A DNA stretch of 64,000 nucleotides from Macrostomum lignano (lineage: Eukaryota). The translations under genes and the position numbers were made by a program. Positions within the stretch are counted from its first letter, which is position 1. Each line of letters starts with the position of its first letter. Shown here in pieces: positions 10,321-22,042 of this stretch. The notes below the pieces were generated by a model. It did no database searches. It was not told the DNA's origin and saw nothing but the letters and a program-made list of their open reading frames with translations. The stretch spans positions 18,181-82,180 of the forward strand of contig NIVC01000818.1 of the NCBI GenBank assembly GCA_002269645.1, in the 5' to 3' direction.

Positions 10321-13300
10321 ATGAAAGCGCAACCAGAAAACACAACTCAGCAGACTTCTCAGCCAGACAAACAGTCAAAACAGTAAGTCTGGCCTTTGAT
10401 AAAATTTTAAAGTTTTAAGCCCAATGCAAAAGCATAATTTCGAATACCCCATCAGGTGGCGAACCAGTTCAGCGCCTCTTCCAGCTGAGCAGCCCGCGGC
10501 GCCGCAGCTGCTGCTGAGCCTCGCCGCCGATGCCAGCCAGGCTGATCGGCTCCGCAGTCTGCTGCTCGAGACACCCCAGGCTGAGCTTCAGTCAACTAGC
10601 GAGCCGGACACCGGGCACTCGCCATTGATCAAAGCCGCTCTGCATGGCAACTCGACTGCCGTGCGCCTGCTGGTGAGCAGCGGCGCCAACTTGACTGCCG
10701 TGAGCGTCGGCGGTCACACTGCCCTGCACCTCAGCGCCATGCGCGGCGACTGCGACTCGGTGCGCTGCCTGCTCGACGCCGGGGCCCAGCCGACGGTCTT
10801 GAATTCGGCCGGCAAGTCGCCGCTGGACTTGGCCACTAGGGAGGAAGTCCGGCGCCTGCTTGGCGCTGCTGCGGGCTCAAACAACAGCGGCAGCAATGCT
10901 GCTACGGTATCGGCTGCAAATCAGGTGAGATGTCGTTCCTGCCTACCTACTTGTTAGTAGGAAGTCGCAGGAATCCACCTAACACTAAAAATGAAATTGA
11001 GAAGACAGAGTAAGCATCTCTGCATGCCTGTACGAGTACGATAACAATTCCTAATGTAAGGTCGAGCCTTTGCAACTGGGTCTTCCTTATTAGAGGCAAG
11101 GGGCTGTGTGCACCCTAGCGCACTTTAAGCGACATTGTCACGCAACCGGCGAGAGGCATTACTGCCGATTCCTTTGACTCCCCTGAGCAGGCACACAAGC
11201 GCGCGGATACGTACGCAGTCATACACACAGGCACACACTCACACAGGAGTGTACAGCGACCGTAACTTTATTTCTCGTTAGGCATGTACACTTCACTGTG
11301 CCTCGGGGGTTGGCCCTCAAGGGCGTTAATTGCACGAGCAGAGCCAAGCCGAGAATCCAATTTAGCCCCAAATTAATGTGACTGCACTTGGAATCGAGCC
11401 TGAGCCGCTGGCACATCAGAGCATTGCGCTGGACCTGGAGCTACAGCCCCGAAACTTGGCCTGTGAAATTTGCCAACTGGTATTTTTTGCCAGCAATGCC
11501 CCAATTTTCTGACGTGAAGCTAAAATCAACTGTTCCCACTTGTAATAAAATAAACCATTGTTTGCATGAAATTCAGCTGAAAGTCGTACCTAGGAATGCA
11601 GGCTATAACTTAATAGACTTAACAAAAGATATCATTGCGCTGGTTTTAAGAATGCATAAACTTTTGCTTCTGAGGAAAAATCAAGTTGGAAAATGGCACT
11701 CTGCAAACCCTAAACGACAAAAATGAATGTCCCAGCTCCAACATGTCACTTACCCTACAGTTGCCATCCGACCCGCCATGTCACTTACCCTACAGTTGCC
11801 ATCCGACCCGCCATGTCACTTACCCTACAGTTGCCATCCGACCCGCCTGCTACTGCTGGAGAAATTGCGTCATCATCAAGCGAGCACCCAGCCTCCGCCT
11901 CCACCTCCGCCGCCTCCTCTGCCGCAACCTCGATGCCCGCCGCCATCTCCGGCCCCAAGAAGCTGCCTCGCTGTGGTCCCGTCGCGGGACACCCAGACAC
12001 GGCAGCCACGCAGCAAGCGGCAGAACACCGAGCCGCCGTGAAAGACTTTCTGCAGAAGAGGCGCAAAAACGGAGCGACAAAATCGCCACTAAAAAAGCCG
12101 GCGGAGAAGTCAAAAATTGCGCCGAGTCCAGAGTCGAGTTCGGCTCTGCTGGGTAGCAACGCTGTGGCAACGGGAGTTGAAAGGTGAATATGCCTGAATG
12201 GTAAATATCCTCTGTAATTTAAACTGTTATGTAAAATCCTCTCTGCCTCCATTAGCGAGCAAATAGAGGCAAGCGTCCACGAAAGAATCGCCTCTATATT
12301 ACTTTTATCGGTTATCCTAGCATTTTTGTCAGGCACAGATTTGTTGCGACTTTTCTGTCTCTTTCAACGTAACTCTCGAAGATTTAAACTGCTTTGGAAT
12401 TATTAGAGTAGTTGATCGACACTCAACACGTGTGATTTCCTTAAATAGGTCGATTGCGCAGAACGCTACAAGCAACAAAGACCTCAAATCATCAAACGAA
12501 AGCAGCAATAAAGACCTCCAATCATCAAACGAAAGCAACAACAAAGACCTCAAACCATCATACGAAAGTCACAACAAAGACCTCAAACCATCAGACGAAA
12601 GCAGCAACAAAGACCTCAAACCATCAGACGAAAGCAGCAACAAAGACCTCAAACCATCAGGCGAAAGTCACAACAAAGACCTCAAACCATCAGACGAAAG
12701 TCACAACAAAGACCTCAAACCATCAAGCGACAGTAGCAACAAAGACCTGGCCAGCAGCGACTCACTGCTGCAGTGGCGCCAGGGTCCCCTGCTGGGCCGC
12801 GGCAGCTACGGCAGCGTACACCAGGGCCTCACCGACTGCGGTCGCATCATCGCTGTCAAACGAGTCTTTGTCGACTGCGCAGCCGAGCTCCGCCGAATCC
12901 GGCGAGAAGTGGACATCCTGAGCTGCATGAGCCACCCGAACATCGTACAGTTGTTCGGCACCCGAGAGTCTGACGAAGAATTTCACATCGCCATGGAGCT
13001 GGTGCCTGGCGGCAGCATCCGCAGTCTGCTGGACCGCTTCGGCGCCCTGACCGAGCGGCAGTGCCGCGGCTACCTGGGCCAGGCAGTCAGCGGGCTGGCC
13101 TTCCTGCACCAGAACGGCATCCTGCACGGAGACATCAAGGTAAGAAGATCCGGGTCTTTCTTCGATTTACAAATGTGTCATTTAAACTAATCATAGAAAA
13201 GTGTTAAGCAGAATTTTCTATTTATTTTATATATTATTCAATTTATTATTTACAACGGTAACTTCTAGTGGTCCTTGAAACAAAAGTTGTTATACTCGTA

Positions 13301-14129
13301 GTGCTTATTAAACTGTTATGACATTTCAAGTTCTTACATGTCATCGCAACACTATCACCATAAACCTGGTTTCTATCCGTGACTCTGTAACTCAGGTGTC
13401 CATGGGGTGTGTCCATTAGCTTTTTACTACTGCTAACTAGTTTTAAATAGTAATTAATAAAACAGGTTTTTCCCCGGTTTTACAGTAGCATATTGTTGCA
13501 TCCTTGGAAGATTTTGGCAGTCTGAGAATTGAGTAGCGCTCAGGGGGTCAGCGGAATGGGTCTGACTGATGCCTCCTCGCTGGCTGCCGGCTGACTGTCG
13601 CCCTGATTTACAGCTCCCAGCACATCCGCAGGGCCACAACATCATGGTGTCGGACGCGGGTGTTGTCAAACTGATCGACTTCGGCTGCTCCCGCCGGCTG
13701 CACCAACACCTTGGCGGCGGCAGCGGGGGCGGTGATCAACCCCCGGCTCTGGCAGCCGCCGCCTCGTTGGACGCGGCCTCGCTGAACGGCACGCCCTACT
13801 GGATGGCCCCGGAGCTCGTGCTTGCGTTCGGCGGCGGCGCTGCAACCGCGGCTGCCAGAGACGGCGACGGTCAGCAGCTGAAGTCGGACTGCTGGTCCAT
13901 CGGCTGCACGCTGCTCGAGATGGCCACCACGCTGCCGCCCTACTCGGACATGCCGCCCCTGGCCGCCGTGTTCGCCATCGGGCGCGGCTCGCCGGAGCCT
14001 CCGGCTTTGCCTCAGGGCTTCTCAGAACCGGCGGCCGAGTTCTACGCGAACTGCCTGCGGCGCGAGCCGGCGAGCCGCCCCACTGCCCAGGAGCTGCTGC
14101 GACACGAATTCCTGCTGGCGTCGCCTTGA
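10321..14129 (+). CDS. MAP3K19: Ankyrin-repeat-containing MAP3K19/YSK4-like STE11-family kinase; exons 10321-10382, 10456-10924, 11831-12183, 12449-13139, 13632-14129 (about 690 aa)
   Basis: GT-AG junctions with matching phases 2,0,2,0; total 2073 nt. Ankyrin motifs SPLIKAALHGNSTAVRLLVSSGA and TALHLSAMRGDCDSVRCLLDAGA. Kinase motifs LGRGSYG, IAVK, MELVPGGS, HGDIK|GHNIM, KLIDFGCSRRL (MAP3K19 has KLIDFGCARRL), GTPYWMAPE and KSDCWSIGCT. The frame stays open upstream of ATG 10321 to the acceptor at 10281, so the true start may be further 5'. Confidence 0.85.
11090..11450 (-). mobile_element. tRNA-derived SINE family 1, near full length (kinase intron 2)
   Basis: Minus-strand head with degenerate A box and B box ggctcgattcc; shared body and 3' end gggtgcacacagccccttgcctctaa also at 38394-38632 and 48002-48346; body only at 21841-22042. 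Confidence 0.75.
11742..11846 (+). repeat. 35-bp x3 tandem duplication spanning the exon 3 splice acceptor of the kinase
   Basis: catgtcacttaccctacag|ttgccatccgacccgc repeated; AGs end at 11760, 11795 and 11830. Confidence 0.95.
12471..12760 (+). repeat. Coding 33-bp (11-aa, SNKDLKPSDES) tandem repeat, about 9 copies, immediately N-terminal to the kinase domain
   Basis: In frame within exon 4; visible in the ORF translation. Confidence 0.93.
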
Positions 14130-14314
14130 GACGTCTTCGAAGTCGAAGGACACCGTGAACTTGGCACAGAGAGCTGTTCGCTGAAGTTTCTACGAGTCAT
14201 TCATTTTTTTTGAAAAAAGTTAAAATTTACTTTGGGTATCGGGTGTTTTTAATTAGCTGCTCCAATGCACTTCAGAATTATAATTACTTTGGCACCTCAA
14301 GAAAGCAAGTAGGC

Positions 14315-14698
14315 GGCGCCCCTAGCACCCACATCGGCGCCTCTAGAATCCACATCGGCGCCCCCAGCACCCACATCGGCGCCCCCAGCACCCACATCGG
14401 CGCCCCCAGCACCCACATCGGTGCCCCTAGCACCCACATCGGTGCCCCTAACACCCAAATCGGTGCCCCTAGCACCCACATCGGTGCCCCTAGCACCCAC
14501 ATCGGTGCCCCTAGCACTCATATCGGCGCCCCTAGCACCCACATCGGCGCCCCCAGCACCCACATCGGCGCCCCCAGCACCCACATCGGTGCCCCCTGCA
14601 CCCACATCGGCGCCCCCAGCACCCACATCGGTGCCCCTAGCACCACATCGGTGCCCCTAGCACCCACATCGGTGCCCCCTGCACCCACATCGGCGCCT
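14315..14698. repeat. 21-bp minisatellite (gcccctagcacccacatcggt)n, about 18 copies
   Basis: Directly visible; intergenic, downstream of the kinase stop. Confidence 0.95.
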
Positions 14699-15388
14699 CT
14701 GTCAACATTTTTCGGGAGCAGGCTTGCTTGCTGAGGTTTTGTGCCTTCTTGGGCGGACGTTGTATTTTTTTTCTTGAGATAAAGCTTACTAAAGGGGTGA
14801 AAAGTTTCGAATTAATTTTAGTTGTAAAAATAAGTTTTTTATTAAGGAGTTTCTTTATTAGTTTTGAGCACTATTAATAAAAAATCACACTACTGCTGTA
14901 CTGCTTTCTTAAACAGTTTCAGACTTCTTGATATGCTAGGCCATGACTTCTGACGCATCATCATTGACATCATTATTTGTTTGTTAACATTGCATTTTTG
15001 CGAAAATATACTTCTTGTCAAATTTATACCATGAGTGCTTATTTATCTATCCTAAAATCAACTCAGACATCTTTGTTAAACGTTTCGAATTTTTAAATTG
15101 TCTTTGCTGACAATAAGTACATCACCGTAATTTCTTCTTGAGACTCTTCGTCGACGCTTGAAAAGCAAGTCTCACTTTCGCTTTCCGAAAAATTCGGCAC
15201 AGGTTCGGCCGTAGACATAACTGAATTGAGATCATTTGCGCGCTGGGAACCGCATTAGTTCATCCTACTGCATTCACAGCTGGCTAAACTCTAATCAAAT
15301 AAGGTTCTCAGTTGTTAAGCTCAAATTTATAACTTCTCACTTTATTGGAAGCACCGCCTTTGGCTGCTCAAAAGACCCCGGGCGCGGC

Positions 15389-16627
15389 ATGGCAACTTCG
15401 TCACCCAGCGGATCCGACAGCGGCCCGGCTGGCTTGGCCGAAGGCTTCGATCTGTCCGGCCTGTCCTCGGCTGTCCTCGGTCACCTGGAGCAGGCGATGT
15501 CGCCGATCCTGGAGACTGTGGTCCGCGACCAGGTGCACCGCAGTCTGCACCGCATTGAGCGCCACTTGACCAGGCGGGACCCGGCCGCCATGCAGAAGCT
15601 GTTCGACGCCTACTCAGCCGGGACCTTCGCCGACCCGCGCAACACCAACCAGAACGCTCAGGTTGGACCGACGCGCTTCCTGGCGCTGCCGCCACAGCAG
15701 TTGCAGCAACTTGAGCAGCAGAAGCAGGAAGAGCCTGTAGTGTTTAATTACAACCAGACCCGGATGGAGCAGGACCACATTGACCTGCGCGTGGTTGGTA
15801 AGCTGGCCTTACATTCAGCTCACTAGCTTACAATTGAAGAAAACCCAGGAACTGAGAATCATTTTCCTCTCCAGACTGGTTTCCCAGAAGCCCCGAAACG
15901 ACCCCTCAAACCCGCAGAGCACCTCAAGATTCCGCAGGGCATCGCTCTGCGCAGTCTGATCGTGCCCCAGCCTCCGGACGCTCTGTTCACCGAAGACTAT
16001 CCGGACATGCCGATAGATGAGATTCTGCAGCAGCAGCAGGGCTTTGAATGGCTCGATACGAACGTCAGCAACGCCGAGCAGTGCTCTCGGCGAGCGATGT
16101 CCCGAGAGATAGTGAAGCAGAGCCTTGACGACTGGGTGTTCCTCTACTTCCGAGTGCAGAAGCGCAACTGGGAGAGCACGGTAGTCGAGGAGAAGAAGAA
16201 CGCGCCGGACGTGAACATGTACGCGGAGGATCAGGTGCACAAATGGACTCTGAAACTGCGCTTCAAAATGCTGCGCCTAGCGCCCATCAAGATGGCCCTG
16301 AACGCATTCCTGTCCAGAATGGGGCTGGAGAGCAACCCCAACATCATTTTCTGCCGGGACGGCTTCTACGGCCTCATGGACGTCGGCAACATCTACGGCG
16401 AGCTCAACAAGACGCCCTGCGCTATGATCAGCTTCAACTCGACGCCGAAGTACCTCGGCTTGAAGAACGGCGACGGCATCTTTGTGAACTCGGTGACCGG
16501 CACCCAGCGCCAGATGATGGAGGACGTGCCGCGGCAGGAGGGGCCAAAGAAGAAGGCCAAGGACCAAGGCGAGGGCGAGGGCGAAGAGGGCGAGTTCGAG
16601 TTTGTGGAGGAGGGTGATGAGGAATGA
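15389..16627 (+). CDS. SUMO-like (Rad60/Esc2/NIP45-type ubiquitin-like) domain protein with acidic tail; exons 15389-15797 and 15840 (or 15849)-16627
   Basis: Donor G|gtaagc at 15798; both candidate acceptors keep the frame into ORF 15962-16627. LRFKMLRLAPIKMALNAFLSRMGL...IFCRDG...STPKYLGLKNGDGIFV resembles the SUMO fold (FKIKRxTPLxKLMxAYCxRQG...FxFDG...TPxxLxMEDxDxIxV). EQDHIDLRVV resembles SUMO beta-1. No terminal GG. Confidence 0.65.
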
Positions 16628-18026
16628 GAGGAGCTAAACATTTGATCGATTGGCTCGCCGCTGCCCGATGTTTTGCTTTATTTATTCTCCCACTTCCAAG
16701 CTTTTTTCTACATTTTTCTTTGTAATTTCTTTTGAAAAATCTCAAGGAAAAAAAGAAAAGCATTTTGTTAGAAGAGAATTTTCGTGGCCGGATGTGATTT
16801 CCATAATTTTCTTTGCCTGCCGTTGCCACCCCGCCCCCACCCGAGCTCAGAAGTCGTGCGCTGTACTTGCTAAGTAAAACAACTTCAGGCAGAGCTCCCC
16901 CCGTCTCCGTAGCTTGTACGAAAAAAATAAAACCAGCAGACAGCGGTCTCAACTTGAGGAGGAATCGTTACACTAAAATATAACTACTTTTTTGTCAGAG
17001 ACGCTCGTTTGACAGAATCAGCATTTGCTAAAATGAAAAGCGTGGTCTGCTAGCCAGCCCTAGCTCTCGCTTGCATCATCAAAGATGCTATTTTTACGAC
17101 AATCGTTTGTCTACAGCTCACAGCTGTCAATCTTGACCAGTCAATCCATTCAACACAATGGCAATGCGCTGAATGAATCCAGCATCCCGAATGCGCTCAC
17201 ATCGAACTCTTCCTTCCTCAACTGAGCTCCCAGTTGCGCCACACTCGCTGCCGATCAAGCCAAACCCCCCCCCTATTGTTAGCCACAACTTTGACTTCCT
17301 GGACCACCGCACCGGGCTGTCTCATTGTATCTGGCAGTTGTCTCAGTTTCCTGAGTCTCGCTATTCATCTCTCTCTTAGTGTGCCCGCCCCTCCCCATCT
17401 CCCTGCTTCAATACAAGCATTCATCGGCTGCTTCCATTAAGTTTGCAAACAACTAACGGAGTAAAAATCACCCCCCCCCCTAAGCTTTAAGACAACATCG
17501 ATAAACAGTTTTTGTTGTCAAGGCAACCGAGTAGAGATAGTGTGAAGCTGTGTATTCTGGCAAGTCGCAAGAAAATTCCTGTCCAATAGCTACACATGTC
17601 AGACTTTTTCTGAAGATTTCTAAAGAAACGCCTGCTTAGCGAGTTGAGCCACAAAGGTCAGTTGGCTGGGCCTGGATAATAGTGGTTTCTTTGTGACATT
17701 CTATTCGAAATTCGGACGTTGCTGAGAGAGAAAGCAACTTCGGTAAAGAGAACAGCATGGTTTTTTATGGCTCTGCTGCAACTCAAGGCAATGGCCAAGT
17801 CGCTCTCTGTAGGGCCCTGTTGGGACTCAACATCCGTATCTTCACTTGGTTTCGTACAGTTCAACAATGACCGTCCCAGTGTTGCTCGGAGTCACAGCAG
17901 TCATGCAGAGAACTTCGCTGTTTTTCGCGCGCGCTTCAGCTTCCTGAAGGCGATCCGCAAATTCTGGAAATTGCTAGCCACTATAGCCGTGTCAGCCGTG
18001 GAAGCTAAGCTGTTTGTGCTTTGCTG

Positions 18027-18040
18027 GTTCCCATGGCAAC
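18027..18040. promoter_or_regulatory. RFX X-box-like motif GTTCCCATGGCAAC upstream of WSC-PAN A1
   Basis: Fits GTHNYY-AT-RRNAAC; about 250 bp upstream of the ATG; same position in paralogues A2 and A4. Confidence 0.55.
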
Positions 18041-18286
18041 TAAGCAGTCTTAACTGCTTGCCAGCCTGCCTCGGGAGAGTTAAAGTGTCACTAAGCCCCG
18101 CAAGTCGCAGCAACCAATGAAATTTCATCTGCGTCACATCAATTCATGCCATTGTTTTTTGTGACGAATTTCGCATATAATACACATCTGTCTGAGAGGT
18201 ATCTTGGCTTGCCTGCAAATCTAGTCAAAGGGTGTCCAGCAGCCTTCAGCCATCATCCAGCTTACTGTAACCGCCGGTGCGCCAGC

Positions 18287-19043
18287 ATGCAGCGCTCCGT
18301 GCACCTGACTGCCCTCCTATCCGTGCCTCTGGCCCTGCTGTTCCTGGTGGCGATGAGTCAGCCAAGTGTGCTGCATCACGGATACATCGGCTGCTTTGTT
18401 GATGGTGACAACAGCAACAGAGATTTGAAAGGCCTGGCTGGGTTGAAGACCATCGGGCCTTTCACCGATAAGATAGAGTTCGCCTACTTTTTCAATGGAT
18501 ACACCGTCACCATCGAGAGCTGCAGCAGCCTCTGCGCCCTGGGCAGATTTCGCTACTTCGGTCTGCAGGCGCAAGGCTTCTGCTTCTGCGGCAACAGCTA
18601 CGGACTGCACGGAGCCGCTTCATCAGATTCTGAGTGTAACGAAGACTGCACTGGAAACAGCAGCCAGAAGTGCGGCGGTCAAAGTAGAAACTCCATTTAT
18701 GAGAACATCTATGCGCCCGGTAAGAACATTTTCGGGTCTTTTGGCTAACAATTCCTGCATCAACATTTTTCTGCATTTGTGCTGCTGCTCAGAGACCGGC
18801 CTCTTCAAGCGCGTGGCCTCAACCAAGTCGATGCTCACCACCGCGCCCGGACAGCCAGAGAACAGCACCTACTGGAGCCAGGAGGCCACGGGAGTCTTCG
18901 AGTGCGCCGCCGCCTGCCACCGCAGCCCGGACTGCCTCGCCTGCGCCTTCGTGCAGTCCAGCCGGATGTGCCGCCTCATGAGATTCGCCGCTGTGCCCAG
19001 CGAGGTCGCCAGCGAGGCCCAGTGGGTCTGGATGAAGCCGTGA
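18287..19043 (+). CDS. Secreted WSC-PAN/Apple protein A1; exons 18287-18719, 18793-19043 (227 aa)
   Basis: Hydrophobic signal peptide; WSC signature YIGCFVD...SCSSLC..GRFRYFGLQ...CFCG...C...C.G.....CGG..RNSIY with 8 Cys; phase-1 gtaag..cag intron; exon 2 has PAN core CAAACHRSPDCLACAF...C. Confidence 0.9.
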
Positions 19044-19656
19044 GCCTGACGGTCAATAAAGCAAGCGGAAACAGGAAGTACGAGCCAAGTGATATTCAAC
19101 CTGATATTCGGAACCAAGCTTAACTTCTTGAAACAGCTGACGTACCGTAGGGGATCAGCAATCTGAGTAAAACAAATGAAAATAGTTCACCAATCCAACT
19201 CAACCTGGTTTGCACGACGCACTTTTACGCCGCATCCTGCGCGCTAAAAGCGAGCAAATAAATTCCCCCACGCGACTGCGACCCATGCAATTACTGAATT
19301 GGGAGGCTTTTATGAAATCTTCAATGGATTTAATGGCGCCGGAAACTTCTTAAGCCTTTAATGCCGCATTGAAGGGATTAAAAGCTTCTTGGTCAAGAAA
19401 ATTACTTTCGATTTACATGTAGAAGCACTTTTAAACTAAAACTAAAGAGCTTTATTCACAGTTTTTGTGAATCATTTTCAAATAAAGGTACGATATATTT
19501 CATTTAAAACATGTACATGTATGTATCGATTTTCCAGGAATATATTGATTCTTCCTAAAAAAAGTATCTTTTACCTTGGGCTTTAGCACCAGGCGCCAGC
19601 ACCAGGGGCGCCAGCCCCATTTGCGTCAGAACCAAGAGGCGCCAGCAATAGGGGTA

Positions 19657-20226
19657 CCAGCACCAGAGGCGCCAGCACCAGAGGCGCCAGCACCAGAGGC
19701 GCCAGCACCAGAGGCGCCAGCACCAGAGGCGCCAGCACCAGAGGCGCCAGCACCAGAGGCGCCAGCACCAGAGGCGCCAGCACCAGAGGCGCCAGCACCA
19801 GAGGCGCCAGCACCAGAGGCGCCAGCACCAGAGGCGCCAGCACCAGAGGCGCCAGCACCAGAGGCGCCAGCACCAGAGGCGCCAGCACCAGAGGCGCCAG
19901 CACCAGAGGCGCCAGCACCAGAGGCGCCAGCACCAGAGGCGCCAGCACCAGAGGCGCCAGCACCAGAGGCGCCAGCACCAGAGGCGCCAGCACCAGAGGC
20001 GCCAGCACCAGAGGCGCCAGCACCAGAGGCGCCAGCACCAGAGGCGCCAGCACCAGAGGCGCCAGCACCAGAGGCGCCAGCACCAGAGGCGCCAGCACCA
20101 GAGGCGCCAGCACCAGAGGCGCCAGCACCAGAGGCGCCAGCACCAGAGGCGCCAGCACCAGAGGCGCCAGCACCAGAGGCGCAGCACCAGAGGCGCCAGC
20201 ACCAGAGGCGCCAGCACCAGAGGCGT
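19657..20226. repeat. 15-bp minisatellite (gcaccagaggcgcca)n, about 38 nearly perfect copies
   Basis: Directly visible; degenerate precursor units at about 19585-19650. Confidence 0.97.
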
Positions 20227-21039
20227 CAGTTCAATTGTTTAAATTTTTTAATGAACAAATTGAGTTGTTGAGTTGAACAAATTTTTAATGAAGCAACTCA
20301 ATTAATCCATTTTGACTTTCAGCAACTAGAACGTTGAAAAAACTGATAAATGGCCATAACTTTTAGGGTTTTAAATTATAACTTCAAAAGCGCCAGAGGT
20401 CGACCTTGCGAATTCCGTGAATCTTGTGAAACAGCCTCCAACAGAGGACGTACAATCGAGTTGAATGTTTTTTGCAACTAAAACCAAATTCTAATGAAAT
20501 GGAAACGGTTTGAGTTGTTCCTGTGTTTTTACACTATTACGACATTGTTTGTCACTTTGAAATGATACTGGATGAATAGACCCCAATCGCATGATTTCAG
20601 TCCAGAATATGGTTTCTAAACTTTATGACTTGCAGTCAACCCCCCTCACTAGGGATTTTTTAAAACACAAAAACTCCCAACCCCCACTTTTACCCGACCT
20701 AAGAGTTGGGGAGGATCGAATGAAGAGAGTCAAAGGATGCTGCCAGAGCCACTGCTACCCAGAACGGATCAATGATGCGGTGGGCATTTTTTCACGATTT
20801 TAAACTTCCTAGCTTCAGCGGCTCAGGAATTACAAAGCAACTTCCTTGCCTCGGCTACCATTGTTCTCTCCTGAAAGCGCTGCTTTGAATAGCGACGGCT
20901 GCCTCTACGTGCTCTGAACTTTTTACCATTGTCCGAAACTCTTTCACTGAATTCACCCGAACCCCAACCGGACGGACTCGAAATGGGGGGAAGGACATGG
21001 CGCTGCATGTCAAAGCGACATCGGACCCGCAGCCACGCA

Positions 21040-21288
21040 CCCGCAGCCGACAGCTCAGCCGCAGCTATTGCGCGGCGCATCTGAAGGCTGCGTACGGCTG
21101 TTCAGTCCAAGGACTGGCGGGTCGCCACACACACCCTCAATTACCCCAGCTAATGCTGGCACCCATTTTACAGCTGAGTGAACTGAAGCAATGCAGAGAG
21201 TTAAGTATCCGCTCAAGGAAAAATTGCCAAGAATCGAACCCCCGACCTTTAGGTCGCGAGTCCGACGCTCTAACCACTAGGCTACAAC
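21040..21288 (-). mobile_element. tRNA-derived SINE family 2 with CORE-like central domain
   Basis: Head tgtagcctagtggttagagcgtcggactcgcg...ggttcgattc (A and B boxes), then ccttgagcggatacttaactctctg...ctcagctgtaaaatggg resembling the MIR/CORE consensus; tail shared with 44921-45085. Confidence 0.7.
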
Positions 21289-21840
21289 CTCCTCACCCTA
21301 GCAGTGAGCTCAACAAATACGCTTTTGCCTCTTGTTCACCGAGATTAATTTCCATGTACTACCACTCAGTTAAAAGTAGTATAGTGAAAATTTGCATCTG
21401 TGACGCAGATAACGCATGGAAAGTCGACTGAATCGAAAAGTATCCAATAGTCCAGCGCATTGTTAGCGACTTTTCAACCTTTTATTGTGCGCGCAATGGC
21501 GAACCATTAAGAGACCCATTTTAGACCTCATTGAGACTTTTCAGCTCTCTGCAGTGTCTCCTGAAAGGGACCAGCTCTCATCCTACATGCCGGAATCAAA
21601 GGGACAATAGCCACTGCTCCCATTGTTGCAGCAATATCTGACTACTTCACTCTACTCTTTTCGTGCAGGTTAATGGACTTTGAGCAATGCAGCCGGCCAG
21701 GGACTTTTTAGCATAGCAACTGGACTGGAATCTGCCAAAAATCCTCATTACTGAATGAGGCAGAATAAGGGAGAACAGCAATGAAAGGAAATGCAAAATG
21801 CAAAACGCAAGTCCAACTCTTGTCTAACATGCACTTTATT

Positions 21841-22042
21841 AAAGCCACATTGTCGCACAACCGGCGAAAGGCATTGCTGCCCATTCCCCTGACTCCCCTG
21901 AGCAGACACACAAGCGAGCGGATACGTACGCAGTCAAACACACAGGCACATACACACGAGTGTACAGCGGCCCTGTTGGGCCTCAAGGGCGTTAATTGCA
22001 CGAGCAGAGCCAAGCCGAGATTCCAATTTAGCCCCAAATTTT
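21841..22042 (-). mobile_element. SINE family 1 internal fragment
   Basis: Same body as 11130-11370 (ggcattgctgcccattcc...gcacgagcagagccaagccgag). Confidence 0.75.

Noticed and set aside
11785-12336. Antisense and alternate-frame ORFs over GC-rich exons (for example 11785-12336, 12762-13127, 32567-33256, 50230-50685, 58356-58841)
   Set aside because: Shadows of GC-rich coding exons on the other strand or frame; no recognisable motifs.
17100-17440. Coding-like fragment between the SUMO-like gene and the cluster (also 28600-29110 on the minus strand)
   Set aside because: Short interrupted frames without identifiable motifs or consistent splice sites; could not be supported.
18146-18286. 47-aa in-frame N-terminal extension of WSC-PAN A1 (and non-ATG extensions in A2-A4)
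   Set aside because: The upstream ATG is not kept in frame across paralogues, and the signal peptide begins at MQRSV.
19555-20271. (APEAP)n / (LWCWR)n / (VLAPL)n ORFs resembling a Pro-rich or mucin-like protein
   Set aside because: Perfect 15-bp satellite open in several frames, with no signal peptide, splice context or synonymous variation.
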